DNA of 63,991 bases, filler included, from Octopus bimaculoides (taxonomy: Eukaryota), in assembly GCF_001194135.2 (NCBI RefSeq). It is 6 parts of 6 records of this genome, joined end to end, with 100 filler letters (N's around TTAATTAATTAA, not from the genome) between each part and the next. Parts side by side here need not be neighbours in the genome. Positions count along the whole stretch, not along the records: positions 44,952 to 62,012 come from NC_068996.1; 5 more parts are not named here. The stretch is one strand, 5' to 3'. This document shows positions 45,300-59,978 of the stretch, one piece after another (the stretch's first letter is position 1; each line of letters opens with the position of its first letter). Position numbers and translations under genes: made by a program. Below the pieces are notes generated by a model. That model was not told where the DNA came from, searched no databases, and was given only the letters and a program-made list of their open reading frames with translations.

Positions 45300-45888
45300 A
45301 TATATGATGGGCTTCTTTCAGTTTCTGTCTACCAAATCCACTTTCCAAGGCTATTATAGAAGCCGCTTACCCAAGGTGCCATGCAGTGAGACTGAACCCA
45401 GAACCATGTTGTTGGTAAGCAAGCTACTTACCACACAGCCACTCCTGCGCCTGTATTTGCCAAACATCTTGCTGCAAATTACTGTAACTTTGATGAACAC
45501 TTCAAAGTACACATTCACAAAAGATATTCTGACTTCACTGCTTTTTATCTTGTTATCAGTTACACTTAAGTGTAAGTGTTCTACGTATTTTTCATTGTTT
45601 TTGTCATATTTTGAACCTGTAAAAAACAAACATACTAGTTTTTGTTATATTACACATCATGCTCTTCTAATTTTTTATCTACCTTCGTTTTCAAATTTCA
45701 TTCTGAGTTCAAATTCTGCTGAGGTCGACTTTGCATTTCATCCTTTAGGTGTTGATAAAATATATACTATTTGAGCATTGGGGTCAATATAATCAACTAA
45801 GCTCCTCTCCCAAAACTGCAGGCCATATGCCAAAATTTTAAACCAGTAGCAACAACGGATTAATGTTATCATTTTTTTTATCTTGCAG

Positions 45889-45958
45889 CAAATGAAGTCC
45901 TGTTTTCTGCAGCTGAAGTGCCTCGAGGATGACTGTAGCAACAGTGAAGAGACAAGAG
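45889..45958 (+). CDS. MIA3: TANGO1-like exon
   Basis: tcttgcag|CAAATG...ACAAGAG|gtaaaa; QMKSCFLQLKCLEDDCSNSEETR. Confidence 0.75.
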
Positions 45959-48900
45959 GTAAAAACCACCCTTCACATTCCATTTGATTCCTGTGTTATA
46001 TGCATATGGGCACACAGATAAGTAGATAGTAGAATGGATTGAGAGGTAGACACATACATGTGCATCAACACATACATACACACAGTCACATGTAGACAGA
46101 TGAATAGATTGCTGAATGAGTAAATTCTTCAATAAGAAGACATGTAAATAGGATACCACACACACACACACACACACACATCCACCCACACAGAAACAGA
46201 GTCAAGTATGGAGCTGGGCAGATATAGCATTACAAAATCTACCATCAAACATATAAAACAGACATTCTTATATGAACTGCATCATTCTATCCTTTAATCT
46301 TTTAACTTATAGTGTTGTATCATAATACAACACTTTACTGTCAAATCCAAATGTAGAACACATGCTTAATACTAATCTGTAGACTACTATCTCTGGACTT
46401 ACCTTAATTCCAAACTTGTTAATTGTTACCCCTTAACCTATAACCTGTAATCTTATTCCCTAACTAACCATTAAACCTCTTACCATAACCTCCACTTCTA
46501 ACTGTAATGATTTATCCTTATTACCATCTTAATCTTAATCCTCACCACTAATCCTTACTTTTACTCTTAACCTAAGTTACTCATCTTAATCTCTATCTGT
46601 AATCTTAATCCTTAAGCTTATTTTTTTCTCTAAATCTTTCTCTAAACCTTAATCTTAGTCTCTTACGCAAATGTAATTCTTAGCCTTAATAGATAAAACC
46701 AAAGTCTAGGAAAAGTCAGTAAAATTAATTTGTAAAACATACATACCATTCTAAAATCTCCCTACTTATACAAACTAATCTCAACTTGAAGACTTCACTG
46801 AAATTTAATCCATAGCTTTAATTATAATCTTAGTTTGTGATATTACTGTGTACTTTAACTTTAATCCTTAACTCTAATCTCTAACTTAATCACAAGGTTA
46901 GTCATTAATATAAAATGCCAAGTATAATTTTTCTTAACATGGTAACCAAAGATCTTAGCTCCCACAGTCATTTCTGCTTCTACTCTCATTCATACTTATG
47001 TTTCTAATCATAATCCCACCATAACCTTCCCAAACTATAATCACTAATCTTAATCTTTACCTAAATGCCTGATCCTTGCTGCAGTCTTAATCCTAATCTT
47101 TTACTTAATTCCTAACTCCAATCCCCACTTAATCTGCAATTTATACTTTAATGCTTACTTCAATCATATTCTTAATCTGGAATTCCTACATTCATCCCAG
47201 ACATTAATGTACATGATTTTAATCCCTTAACCTTAACAAACTTAACTTAAACCTTTAACCTAACCATAAATTTGAACATTCAAACTCTAATTGTATTGTT
47301 GTTTTCGTTGCTTTTGCTGCTGCTGTTTCATCATCATTCTCTTCCTTCTCCTCCTCATTATCCTTATTTTGTATAATTTCAGGTGATCACAATCTTGTGC
47401 AACAAAAGATACAACAAATGTTGGATGTTTCTGAGGTGAGTTATTCAGTTATTGTTATTTAACCCATTCCAGTTCAACATTGATTAAGTAAACACATTAC
47501 TACTCTGACCATCTTGTCATTTTATGAGTAGCTAGGAGTACATTTTGCAATGTGTAGTTCCTTAAGCTAGTTAGGTTTCTATTATTGTATGTCATCATCA
47601 TCATCATCATTTTGTATTGGCTTTTTTTTTCTTTTTTTTATCAGACTTGCATAGTTGGATGAATCTTCTTCTGCATAGTGTCTCACCACTTACTGCAGTC
47701 CTTTGTCATCTACTTGGTGAGATTTGGTGTCTTAAAATCAGCTTTCTTGGCTTCTTATGTCTTCCTCTTCCAAAGGTGCCTTCCACTGCATGACACTTCT
47801 TTCCCCAATTGTCATGCTCCATATGTATTACACAATCAAAGCAGCTCAGCTTTCACACACTACATCGATTCCTGTTCATCCAGTTTTTCTCTCTATACAT
47901 TTTTACTTTTTATTCATATGCATTAAGATTATACATCTAGAAGAGCATGTTCAGCTCATTTTTGCAGCTCACATACATCTTTTGCATTCAGTATTCATAA
48001 ATGTGAATACTGGATGAACAGGAATTGATGTAGTGTATGAAAGCTGAGCTGCTTTGATTGTGTAATACATATGGAGCATGAGAATTGGGGAAAGAAGTGT
48101 CATGCAGTGGAAGGTACCTTTGGAAGAGGAAGACATAAGAAGCCAAGAAAGCTGATTTTAAGACACCAAATCTCACCAAGTAGATGACAAAGGACTGCAG
48201 TAAGTGGTGAGACACTGCCCTTCACTTTTTCCACTCCCTTCTTTGTCTAGTTGCTGTACTTTCAGAAATCCCTAGTGTTGCTTAATTTGACTACTTATGT
48301 AGTAGAAGTTGTCAACTACTTTATGGAGACTTCTGAGTATGAACTTCCACAACATATCTGTTGTTTGCTATAGGACTGCATTACTGATTATATGACTGCT
48401 TTTTGCAATTTCTCTTTGCCAAATTAAGTATAATAAATGTTATTGGTATAAACTAAAACTTCTCCCCACAAGTACTTGTTTCATACATAATTTGTAGCCT
48501 TTAGACATTTCAGTAAATTTCACACATGTGCACACACACAAATACACACTCATGTGTAATTATTATTTTTAAAATTTACTACTTTTAACTACTTTGAGTT
48601 TTGTATCAGCAATGCATTCATTAGATGACACTTGAGAAATGCAAATGGAATTTATTATAATATTCCACAAGGCAACATACTGTAGACATCCACTTGGTCT
48701 TATTTCTTAAAATCCAGTAGAGTAATCAGATCTGCCTCCAATTACAGTTGACCAAGTAGAATTTGCTTACTTGATGACACTTTGACATCATTTCCCTTCT
48801 CTTTAAAGTATCAGTTTGTTTGGTCACATGATATTTCACTGTAATGCGCAATTGGCATTGCATTGTTCCATTCATATAGAGTATGCGGGAATAATTAATT

Positions 48901-50176
48901 ATTGATAAGAAAGAAAGTGTACTACAATCGGTACATGTGATTTTTATTGATAGAATGACGCTGCCAATGTATGATAATTGCATATGTATATAAATACATG
49001 TATATATACTTTCTAAAAAATGTGATGATGGGTGTATACACATGCCTACTTGTTTCTATCTCTGTTTCTTTCTCTTGCTCTGGCAGATGAATGCAATGTT
49101 AAAACAGTCCGATGATGAACGTGATCAGTTGAAACACCGGTTGGAGATTGAAGCTGAGAGCCGAGTAGAACTTGAAGGTGAGTATCATATTTTTGTGTAG
49201 CATATTTACTTGACTTGAGCTCATTTCAATTCCTTGCTCCACTCAGGTATATTATCCAGAGAGAGAGACTGAACTTTGAACTTTACATTGTCAAAGCAAA
49301 GAATTAAATCCTATAAAATCAAAAATAACTAAAACTACTAGCACATCCTCTACTTACATATAGCTTTTTGTGAATCGCTTAAAAACAATCTCATAACTTG
49401 AAGCTGACACACCTAAATATACACAACTGCTTACTAAGTTCATGCATGAATAAATTCTAAGCAATAACACAACCCTGAATTTTATTTATAAGAAGTTCTC
49501 CAAAATGTCTCTCCATCACAACCCACCCTATGACTTAATTACAACTCTATTCTAATCCACACACCCAAGAAACATTTTAACTCAACAAAGACTATATAAA
49601 GCCAAGGTTAACTTTAATGCATCACAGCCAGACAATGGCTTATCTGGCCAAAACTTCAAAGTCACTGTCAATAATATTCTTGTTTAAGAATAATAAAATT
49701 GTGCTCTACAAAAGTATGGAGTAACCTATCAGATTAATGTAAAATTGTTTCTCTAATAACTGAACATAAAAACCAACATTATATGTATGTATGTATATAT
49801 ATAGATGTGTGTGTGTGTGTGTGTGTGTATAATATATCTCATATCTAATATATAAAACAGAGATATGTGTGTATTCGCTTTTCACGTGAAAACGGTTTCA
49901 CCAATTGCTTCCATACTTGTGATGCATGAATAATTTGAATTCGGACATATAGTAGGGTCTTCATTTGGTTAATATATCATCATCATCATCATCATCATCA
50001 TACGTCCGCTTTCCATGCTAGCATGGGTTGGACGATTTGACTTTGACTGAGGACTGGTGAAACCAGATGGCTACACCAGGCTCCAATCTGATTTGGCAGA
50101 GTTTCTACAGCTGGATGCCCTTCCTAACGCCAACCACTCAGAGAGTGTAGTGGGTGCTTTTACGTGTCACCCGCAC

Positions 50177-50246
<70 letters not shown>

Positions 50247-51405
50247 CAAGGGAGAATGATGCAAAAAAAGTGAGGAAGTAAGAATCAAAATAACTTAGCT
50301 GCTCCTCACTTTTCAACATGCATAGCCAAGCCAACTTCAGGAAGCCACCCAGTTACCAGATAACCTATTAATCTGGCCGCCATGCTAGCCAGATTGACTA
50401 CATTCTCACCAGAAAGCGAGGTACATGGTTGCCATAAATGTAAAGACCTTCCCTGGTGAAGAATATACCCCTCAGCATAGGTTAGTCATTAGCGACTTCA
50501 GACTAGTCTGTAAAAGAAAGATTTGGAGTCTTAAGGATACTTTGAATAGTCAGAAATTTAGAGACGTCCTAATTGAAGCGTTTAACAAGAAGGAAGAGGA
50601 ATTACTGATGTGTAACCTTGAGGACAATGCGAAATTCCTACGGGACAACTTACTGAGTATCACAGACCAAATCTGTGGCTGGTGCAAAGTCCCATCCACA
50701 CCTAGGTGGTTGGGACAGTGTCTAAACAGGGCCGCTAGAGTGAAGAAACAGTCCTGGAAAGACTGGAAGAATGGTGGTAGCAGAGAGCTATATCAGATAG
50801 CTAGAAGGCAGGTATACTTAGGCAGGGGAGAAGCAGAAACGAAGGACTTTGCCAATGTTCTGCAGCATGAGGATCAGAGGCTTGAGGTGTTTCAGACTGC
50901 AAGACAGTAGGTGAAAATCAATTTGTTGTAGAAGTGCATTCACATGGATGATGGCTCACTTGCAGTTAGTGATTCTACAAAGAAAGAGGCTTGGAAATAC
51001 CATTATGAAAGACTGCTAAATGTTGAGAATGCTTGGGAAAAGGAGAGCCTGCCTAATCTGGACCCAACAGAGGGGCTGTTATTTGAATTGACAGTAGCTT
51101 AATAAATAAAGCAATTAAGGATATGAAGACATGGAAAGCTTCCATCCCACCAGGAATCACTGCAAAGTTTGTCATGTGTTTCAAAGTCTCAATTTTTGAT
51201 TAAAAAATTAACATAGGGCATGAATTAAGCATTCCCTTTTCATTCATTTGACATTAAGCAACATATTCCCATCCACATTGTTCCAGGTTCAGTCTCATTG
51301 TACGGTATATTGGGAAAGTGTCTTCTGCTACAGCCTTGGGCCAACCAAAGCCTTGTGAGTGGATTTAGTAGATGGAAACTGAAAGAAGCCTGTGGAACAC
51401 GCATG

Positions 51406-51441
<36 letters not shown>

Positions 51442-53897
51442 TCTTTTGTCTGTGTTTGTCCCCAACTACCACTTGACAACCAGTTGGTGTGTTTACATCT
51501 CCATAATCTAGCAGTTCAGCAAAAGAGACTGATACAATAAGAACTAGGTTTTAAAAAATAGAAAGAAATACTGGGATTGATTTCTTTGACTAAAATTCTT
51601 CAAGGCAGTGTGCCCCAGCATGACCCAAAGTCTAACAAGTAAAAACTTGTTTCTAACAGAAACAAGTATAAGAATATATCTCCTCATTCTTCTCACCTTT
51701 TTTACTTCACACTCATTCCCACTCCCACCTCTATTTCCATGCTTTGCTCATATACAGTTAATGACTAGACACACACACATTCCACACCTCCACTAACCCA
51801 TGCTACTTTACTTCTATATTTGCATGCCTCTGCATATGTATACCTCACACACTACAAAACCTCATGCACAGTACTCACCCACTTTATGCCTATCTCAAAA
51901 CACAAACAAATTAACTGTATATGCATGCACATACTTTTCCTCTCTTCTTTCCTCCTTTCCCAAAGAACCATAGAACTGCATTCTCTTCTGGCCTTTATCC
52001 CCAGGCCTGCCTTCCCCCACTCTTCTCAACCACTTTTCCTCTTTTGCACTCTTCTATTATTTTTTCTTTATACTTTCCTTCTGATGAAGATTTAGCATCT
52101 AAAATGTTGAGAGTCCTTTTCTTCTTTAAGCCTTAAACTAATACAATATTTATTAAAACTTATCCCTCCTGTGTTGTCTTTTTCTTTTCTTTTTTTTTTT
52201 CTTGTCTGTTGTCTTCAATTTACATATATTTTCATTAAAACCAAGACTGTGTGTTTGTCTTGTAACTTGAATTTCACTTTTACACACACATACACACACA
52301 CACACAATGTTCACACATTTTGTTTTTGCATTTCAGATAAAATTGCTACGTTAGAGCGTGACATTGAAACCATTCAAGCAGACAAAGCAAAAGTTGTTCG
52401 TCAGAACCATGAGCTCACAGTATTGACTTCATATCTGAAAGAGAAAGAGCTTCAATTTCAAAGGTGGGTTTGTGGTGTGTGTACTGATTTGTAAGCATTT
52501 GTAGACTTCATTTCAATCTGAACTATACCCAACACATTCTAGTATGATGACAACCAAACATTGTCTTCTTTGATATAGAGGCCTCTTACCCTATATCAGT
52601 AATACATTTATAAAATCCTGACTACAGTCTCTATAATCACTATAAAATCCAGGCTACAGGTTTTATTCGAACTTTGCTCTAAAAGTCTGTTGAATTGATT
52701 CTTTCCACTTGTCATTCTTGTCACCTAGATTTCAATAACTTCCAATATATATACACACACACACACTCTACCCATTCTGGCAGTCTATCCCCTGCCCCCT
52801 CATTCTCTTTCCTTACAATTTTTCAAACTGATTTTCTAACTCACCTAGGAACCTCATCTCCATTATCTCTTGCAGCTCCTACTGTTCATTTTCTCTTTTT
52901 CTCCCCTTCCAATACTGGATGTGAGAAATTGCTCTGCCCCACCCTCCCTTAGTTCAGAACCTTGTCTACTAGCATGAAGCAGGCCCTGCACCCCCAGAGC
53001 TGCATGGTAACCTCAATAGTGTAGGTGGCATGAAAAAATTACCTAGCTCATGCTGTAGATTGGTTGGCATAAGGAAGGGCATTCAGTTATAGCAACCATG
53101 CCAAAGCAGACATGTTAGTTCGATGCAGTTCTTGAACATAGATTCTGTCAAACCATCCAGTCCATGCCAGTATGGAACATGTTTTGTAATTGATGATGAT
53201 GATGATAATAATATACATACAGTTTCTACCTACCAAATTACTGAATTCTCTCATTTGGATTAGTTGATCCTGGGCTGTACTAGAGTGCATTTACCCACAG
53301 TGTAATGTTGTGGGACTGGACCTGAAGTACACAAGCATCTGCATAAATATGTCAAGAGATATACGTAGTCACATTAACACCAAGCAACATTCAGTCATGC
53401 AGCAACATTTGTAATACATAAAAATGTAAGGTAAATAAAAGTATATCACAAATCGTCCTTAATGGTATAGAGCAGAAATTATGCTTGATTTATATGCATA
53501 ATTTGATATGTACAGACAAATTGATAAAACTCATTCAATTTATAATAACAACAATATATTCTGTATCAAGAAACATCTCTCTATATATATATATATAAAT
53601 ATATTCCAGAGCTTTGGGTGAACAGGAAGTCCTCAAAAACCAGAACATTACCAAATTAGGAAGTGCTGAGGAACGAGTCAAGACAATTGAGGATGAACTA
53701 AGTAATTACATGTAAGTGAACCACATGACATGCTTGTTGAGAGGTCAACCTTCATATTTTTCTTGTTTCTTTTTCTTTTTTTTATATCAATTTTACATAT
53801 TTATTATATGATTAATATTTTCATTGTTAATGTTATTAGAACTCGAGTGCCCTCTTTTATACATACAGAGTTTATATATTACTGCATGATTATAAAC

Positions 53898-53938
<41 letters not shown>

Positions 53939-56900
53939 TAGCAGTACCCATGGAATTTCCAGTTATTTTGAAAATTGTATGATGAAATTGTATATTTCTC
54001 TGATTCTTGGGAAGATATAAAATTCCATGTAGGCAGTATTGAAAAGTCAATTAATCAGTCTGTGAACAAACAAACAAGCAGAATTGTAATATATATATCA
54101 TCCATTTTATATTTTTTTTCTATGATTGCATGCATCATACAGAATTTGTTGAGGCAGCTGGAGGCTTTCTGTCACCAATTCTCACCTGTTTCCAAGCAAG
54201 GTAATACCTCCTGATGACCAGACATGTTTTCACATAATATTGTAAACATAGGACATTGCTTGCCCTATGGTGACACTTGTTTACAATTATCACACAGTTA
54301 TAAAAAAAAGGAGACAGTAACACAGTCATGCAGACACCCACCCACACACACATGTACATATACATCTATGTATGACAAGCTTCTTTCAGTTTCCATCTCT
54401 CAAATTCATTCAAAATACTTTAATCAGGCTAGGACTATAGTAAAAAAATACTTACCTAAGGTGTCACACAGTGGGACTGAACCCCAAACTACATGGTTGG
54501 GAAGTAGCTTCTTACCACATTCACACCCGTGGCTATGGTTTATATATATAGGCCCAGGTATGGCTGTGTGGTAAGAAACTTGTTTCTCAACTGCATAGTT
54601 TAGGTTCAGTCCCACTGTGTAACACCTTGGGCAAATATCTTTACTATATAGCCAAAGCCTTTTGAGTGAACTTGGGAGATGGGAACTGAAAGTAGCCTAT
54701 CGTGTATGTGTGCATGTGCATGTATGATAGTGTGTGTATGTGTGTGATGGGGTATGTGTGTATTTCTGTTTCTTGCCTTGACATTATATGATAATTGTAA
54801 ATTAATGTCAATGGAATGCAAGTGGTGTCCTTCATTTCCAATATTTTGTGAAAATATGTTTGGTGATAGGAAAATTATTATTTTATTTGGAAACAGGTGA
54901 AGATTAGTGACAGGGAGGACATCTGGTTGTAGAAAATCTACTTCAACGTATTCCATCCAACTCATGTAAACATAAAAAAGTGAACTTTAAAACAATGATA
55001 TATATATATATATATATATACAGGCAGAGTCGTGGCTATGTAAGGTGCTTGCTTCCCAGTCACATGGTTCCAAGTTCAGTCCCACTGCATGGCACTTTGG
55101 GCAAGTGTCTTCTACCATAGCCTTGGGCCAACTAAAGTCTTGTGAGTGAATTCGGTAGAAAGAAAGTGAAAAGAAGCCTGTCATGTATGTGTGTGTGTGT
55201 GTCTTTGTACCAACACCACCACTTGACAACCAGTATTGGCATGTTTACATTCCTGTAACTTAGCGATTTGGCAAAAGTGTCCAATAAAATAAATACCAGG
55301 CTTTAAAAAATAAATCCTGGGGTTGATTTGTTTGGCTTTTAAGGTGGTGCCCCAGCTTGGCTGCAGTCAACTGACTGAAACAAGTAAAAGAAGCTTGCTT
55401 CCCAACCACATGGTTCCGGGTTCAGTCCCACAGCATGGCACCTTAGACAAGTGTCTTCTACTATCGCCTTGGGCCAACCAAAGCCTTGTGAGTGGAGTTG
55501 ATAGACAGAAACTGAAAGAAGCCCATCATATATACATATATATATGCACATATAAATACATACATACTATGAGAATATTAAATAGGAATACAGTCTAAAA
55601 GAAAATGGTGGGTGGAAATATTGATGGGAATCAGTCTCTGAGAGATAAAAAAAAAAACATACTTAGAACTAGAGAATAATGCTTCAGGATTTTTTCCTTA
55701 ATACAATACTATATGTATATAAATTCTGAAACAATGCTTTGGGCCTCAAACAAGTTATGAATGAGAAATGGATTGCAATGGTAAAATATCAAGTGAATTG
55801 TTTATTATATATCTAAGAAAGAAAGAAAGCAATCAGTATGACTTAGCTTTGTTGATATTCATAGATCCTAGTTAAGAGGTCAATGAAAATAACACATCAG
55901 GATTCTTTTTTACTCGTTATAATAAAGCACTTAAATACATACATACATTCTAAAAGAAAGACTACATTATTGGCCCTAAACAGATTATGAATGAGAAAGT
56001 GAGCTGCAGTATGTATGTGTATATATTTTATATATATATGTATGTATATGTATTAATATGTGTAAGTGTAAAGCATTGAAAAAAAAAACTTTTTATAAAC
56101 CCATGTTTCAACACAAATTTGCATTGATTACTTGAAAGACAAATGATCCATCTATGCATCCATCTTCTCTGCTCATTTATTCATAGCAGGGGTTAGAGTC
56201 CTCAGGCACCTCTTCTGAAGGGTCTCGTCACAAGCAATTATGAAAAGTAATGAAGAAATACTAAATCAAGCTAATCTTCAAATCAATCTATTAAATTTAC
56301 TACAAATTCTTTAAAAAAAAAGAACATAAATATATTTATATTTATATGTGCAGGAGTAGCTTGCTTACCAACCACACGGTTCTGGGTTCAGTACCACTGT
56401 GTGGCACCTTGGGCAAGTGTCTTCTACTATAGCCTCAGGTCGACCAAAGCCTTGTGAGTGGATTTAGTAGACGATGTATATGTGTGTGTCTGTGTTTGTC
56501 CCCACCAACATCGCTTGACAACCAATGCTGGTGTGTTTACGTCCCCGTAAATTAGCGGTTCGGCAAAAGTGACCGATAGAATAAGTACTAGACTTGCAAA
56601 AAATAAGTCCTGCGGTTGATTTGCTCAACTAAACATGGCCGCAGTCAAATAACTGAAAAGAATAAAAGAAAAAAGACAGGTTATGAATATTTAACAAGAA
56701 CAATAGTATCTTGTATTCTGTATAACATGCCAACACCTGCACTAATTGAAAACAAAAAAGCAGAATTAAAACCCAGAGGCATTGGTCACCTTTTTCTTAC
56801 CTAGTACAAAGCTACTCCTCGTTTGTCAAGGGGTCTTTGCTTCTATACAAGGTAAAGGCATTGCACATGCATGTGCACACATATATATAAAGTGTGTATG

Positions 56901-59159
56901 TGCATATATATTCATACTGGCTATTTTTTTACGAGTATAGGACAAAAGCCGAAAAGCTTAGTCATTCAAACGTACTTCTTATCGTTTTTATGTTTCTACA
57001 CATTTCTTGAAGTAAATGCTTTCCTTTTTGTTAGAATTCAGACAATATGTACATCGAGTAGTAAAGAGTTTTGTATTCTGTTATTCTATTACTGATGGTA
57101 AGGTTGATTTATTTTCGTTTTCAAACTTAAAAAATTATTCTAAAAACGAGAAAAATAATTAAAACACACGGAACATGCCATTGTGAGGGACATAGATGTT
57201 TTGACACCGTTTTTCGATTGAATACATTTTGTTTACTTAAAAATTAGAATTTTGGAAACTAATTTTTTTTTACACCACGATTTTCGTTTTTGTTTATGTG
57301 AAATTATAAANNNNNNNNNNNNNNNNNNNNNNNNNNNNNNNNNNNNNNNNNNNNNNNNNNNNNNNNNNNNNNNNNNNNNNNNNNNNNNNNNNNNNNNNNN
57401 NNNNNNNNNNNNNNNNNNNNNNNNNNNNNNNNNNNNNNNNNNNNNNNNNNNNNNNNNNNNNNNNNNNNNNNNNNNNNNNNNNNNNNNNNNNNNNNNNNNN
57501 NNNNNNNNNNNNNNNNNNNNNNNNNNNNNNNNNNNNNNNNNNNNNNNNNNNNNNNNNNNNNNNNNNNNNNNNNNNNNNNNNNNNNNNNNNNNNNNNNNNN
57601 NNNNNNNNNNNATATAGAGGGACCTTCTGGGCTTAACGTTGAAAATAATCTAAAAAAAAATTCTGGGGTCGATATAATCGACTAAAAATTCCTCAAGTTG
57701 GTGCCGTAGCATGGTCGCAATCTAATGACTGCAACAAATAAAAAGAAACAAAAAACAAAATATATCACAGAAGTGGTTTTGATCAGGCTTTAAAAAATTC
57801 TGGGTTCCATACAGCCATCGAAGTATTCTTCAAGGCGGTACCCAAGCATTGCCGGCAGCAGTGTAATAACAGCAACAAGTAAAAAAAAAAAAAAAATTCT
57901 GGGGTCGATACATTCAACTAGAAATTCTAAAAACAGAAAAATAACCGAAAAATATAACCATGAGGCTTTTTTCCGGATCCCAGATCATCAGGTTACCTAA
58001 TATCCGGTACAAAACCAATTGATGAGACTGGTTATACTTTGATTAATATATATGTATTATTATCATTTAACATGTTTTCGATGATAATGTAATAGTATGA
58101 TGCTGATGATGACTATATATATACATGTATGTATACACACTCTGCGCACACATACACATGCATATACATAAGTGCAGTTTATGAAGATAAATATATAAAA
58201 TTCACTATAAAATAGGTCATTGTGAACTAAATTAAAATCTTAACTGAAAAATATTATTGCAAAAGAAGGTTTCTCTTCATCAATATAAATAAAATTAGGT
58301 CTAGTGGAAGCAAAATGGAAGCAGTGAAGTATCAATCTAGACGGGTTTTCTTTGAAACAAAATAACTATTTCAGCTCAGTTTCCAATGATTTGGATAACT
58401 TTTCAATGTGGTTATAAATACATTCAATACAAATCAACAGACATGCAGTGCGTAACTAGCACGTCTTGACTGCACACCACTGGAAGAAAAACATATAAAA
58501 CTCACTATAAAATAGGTCATTGTGAACTGCATTACTAATATCTTAACTGAAAAATATATTAAAGCAAAAAAAGGTTTCTTTTTATCAATATAAATAAAAT
58601 TAGGTCATGAAAAACTATTTAGTACAGTCCATTATCATTCTACCCAAAGACATTTTAATGTCTGTTTCCTTATTGGCATAGATTGTTAATATCTGTTGTA
58701 ACATTATGTAGATCAAATGATTACTAAAAAAATATTTCCTTTAATAATCTGCTGTATTTACACATCCACCAGGCATCATCCAGACACTTGATGATCTTAA
58801 TCTATTGGATGATTATTTAATGTTGAAAAGTGCCCAGGCTAGATAAATTCTTTTTTTTTTTAAATGGGAAGAAAACAGAAAATTTATTGTCAAATGATAC
58901 CTTATTCACCTGAACTTTGGTAATTTTTGATTGAAACTACTTTTCTTAAGATAACTAATGTATGTCTTTGCAAGAAAAATCTTAACATTTTACTTCATAC
59001 TTAAAATTATGTATTCCCTAAATCTTTGCATTAGAAACTCAAAACTTCTTTGCAAGTAAAATATGTGGTTCACATGAATGATGAAATATGATACAACAAA
59101 TTGTTCATCATGAAGCAACAAAATTTATTTTTACTTAGTCCAAAAGTTCATGTTTACAA

Positions 59160-59196
<37 letters not shown>

Positions 59197-59946
59197 AATC
59201 GGTTGTCAAAAATCAAGTAGTTCTGGTTGGCTGTGAGTCAAAACTAGAGTGATTAAGAGAGATGAATTGGTCCATTTAACATCAATCCCTTTTATGTGCT
59301 ACTCTAGAAGTTTTGGTATAAGTATGGAACAAATTAAATCATCCAAGCACTAAAGACTCTCCATTTCCCATGTATATTATATAAGGCCTAATTTGAATAA
59401 TTAACTTTTTTCTTATATTTCTTTTGAAATGCACCATCTGTTTCAATTAAAAAATTATGGAAAATTTAGTAAAATAATTTTGATGTTATTAAGCTGGTAT
59501 TTGGAACATAAATTAACATGATATTTTAATGGAAGTTTTCAATTTAGATCACTTGAAAGCAATAAGTTTGTATCATAGAACCAGTTACAGTCTCAGGTGG
59601 GTTGGATCAAAAGGGTTAATTTGCAGATAGATAAAATGTTCAGAGAACTTCATTGTTTCTCTTAAACCAAGAAAATTCCCTAACACCAACTGGTTTTTCG
59701 CTGCTAGTGTTTCAAAATGCTCTAGAAAGGCTAATTAATATCAATACCTTGCACATTTTCTGGCAAATCAGAATAAAAATCATAAAAAGTAAAATTTCTC
59801 TCAGATTAAAAAAAAAAAGAGTCTGGATTGTTTGGCCTGGTCATGCTTTTTTACAGGTGACTGCAAGCAAAAGACACAACCCCTACTGTTGTTTACAATC
59901 AGCTGATACACACGAAGATGAAGGAAAATACAAACTCACCCACGTG

Positions 59947-59978
<32 letters not shown>

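Noticed and set aside
47678-48215. Two near-identical ORFs (MSHHLLQSF...) on opposite strands suggesting a gene pair
   Set aside because: They are the arms of the inverted repeat, antisense to decayed RTE sequence.
57640-57960. Three tandem partial units resembling a small array
   Set aside because: Degenerate copies of the common SINE 3' tail.
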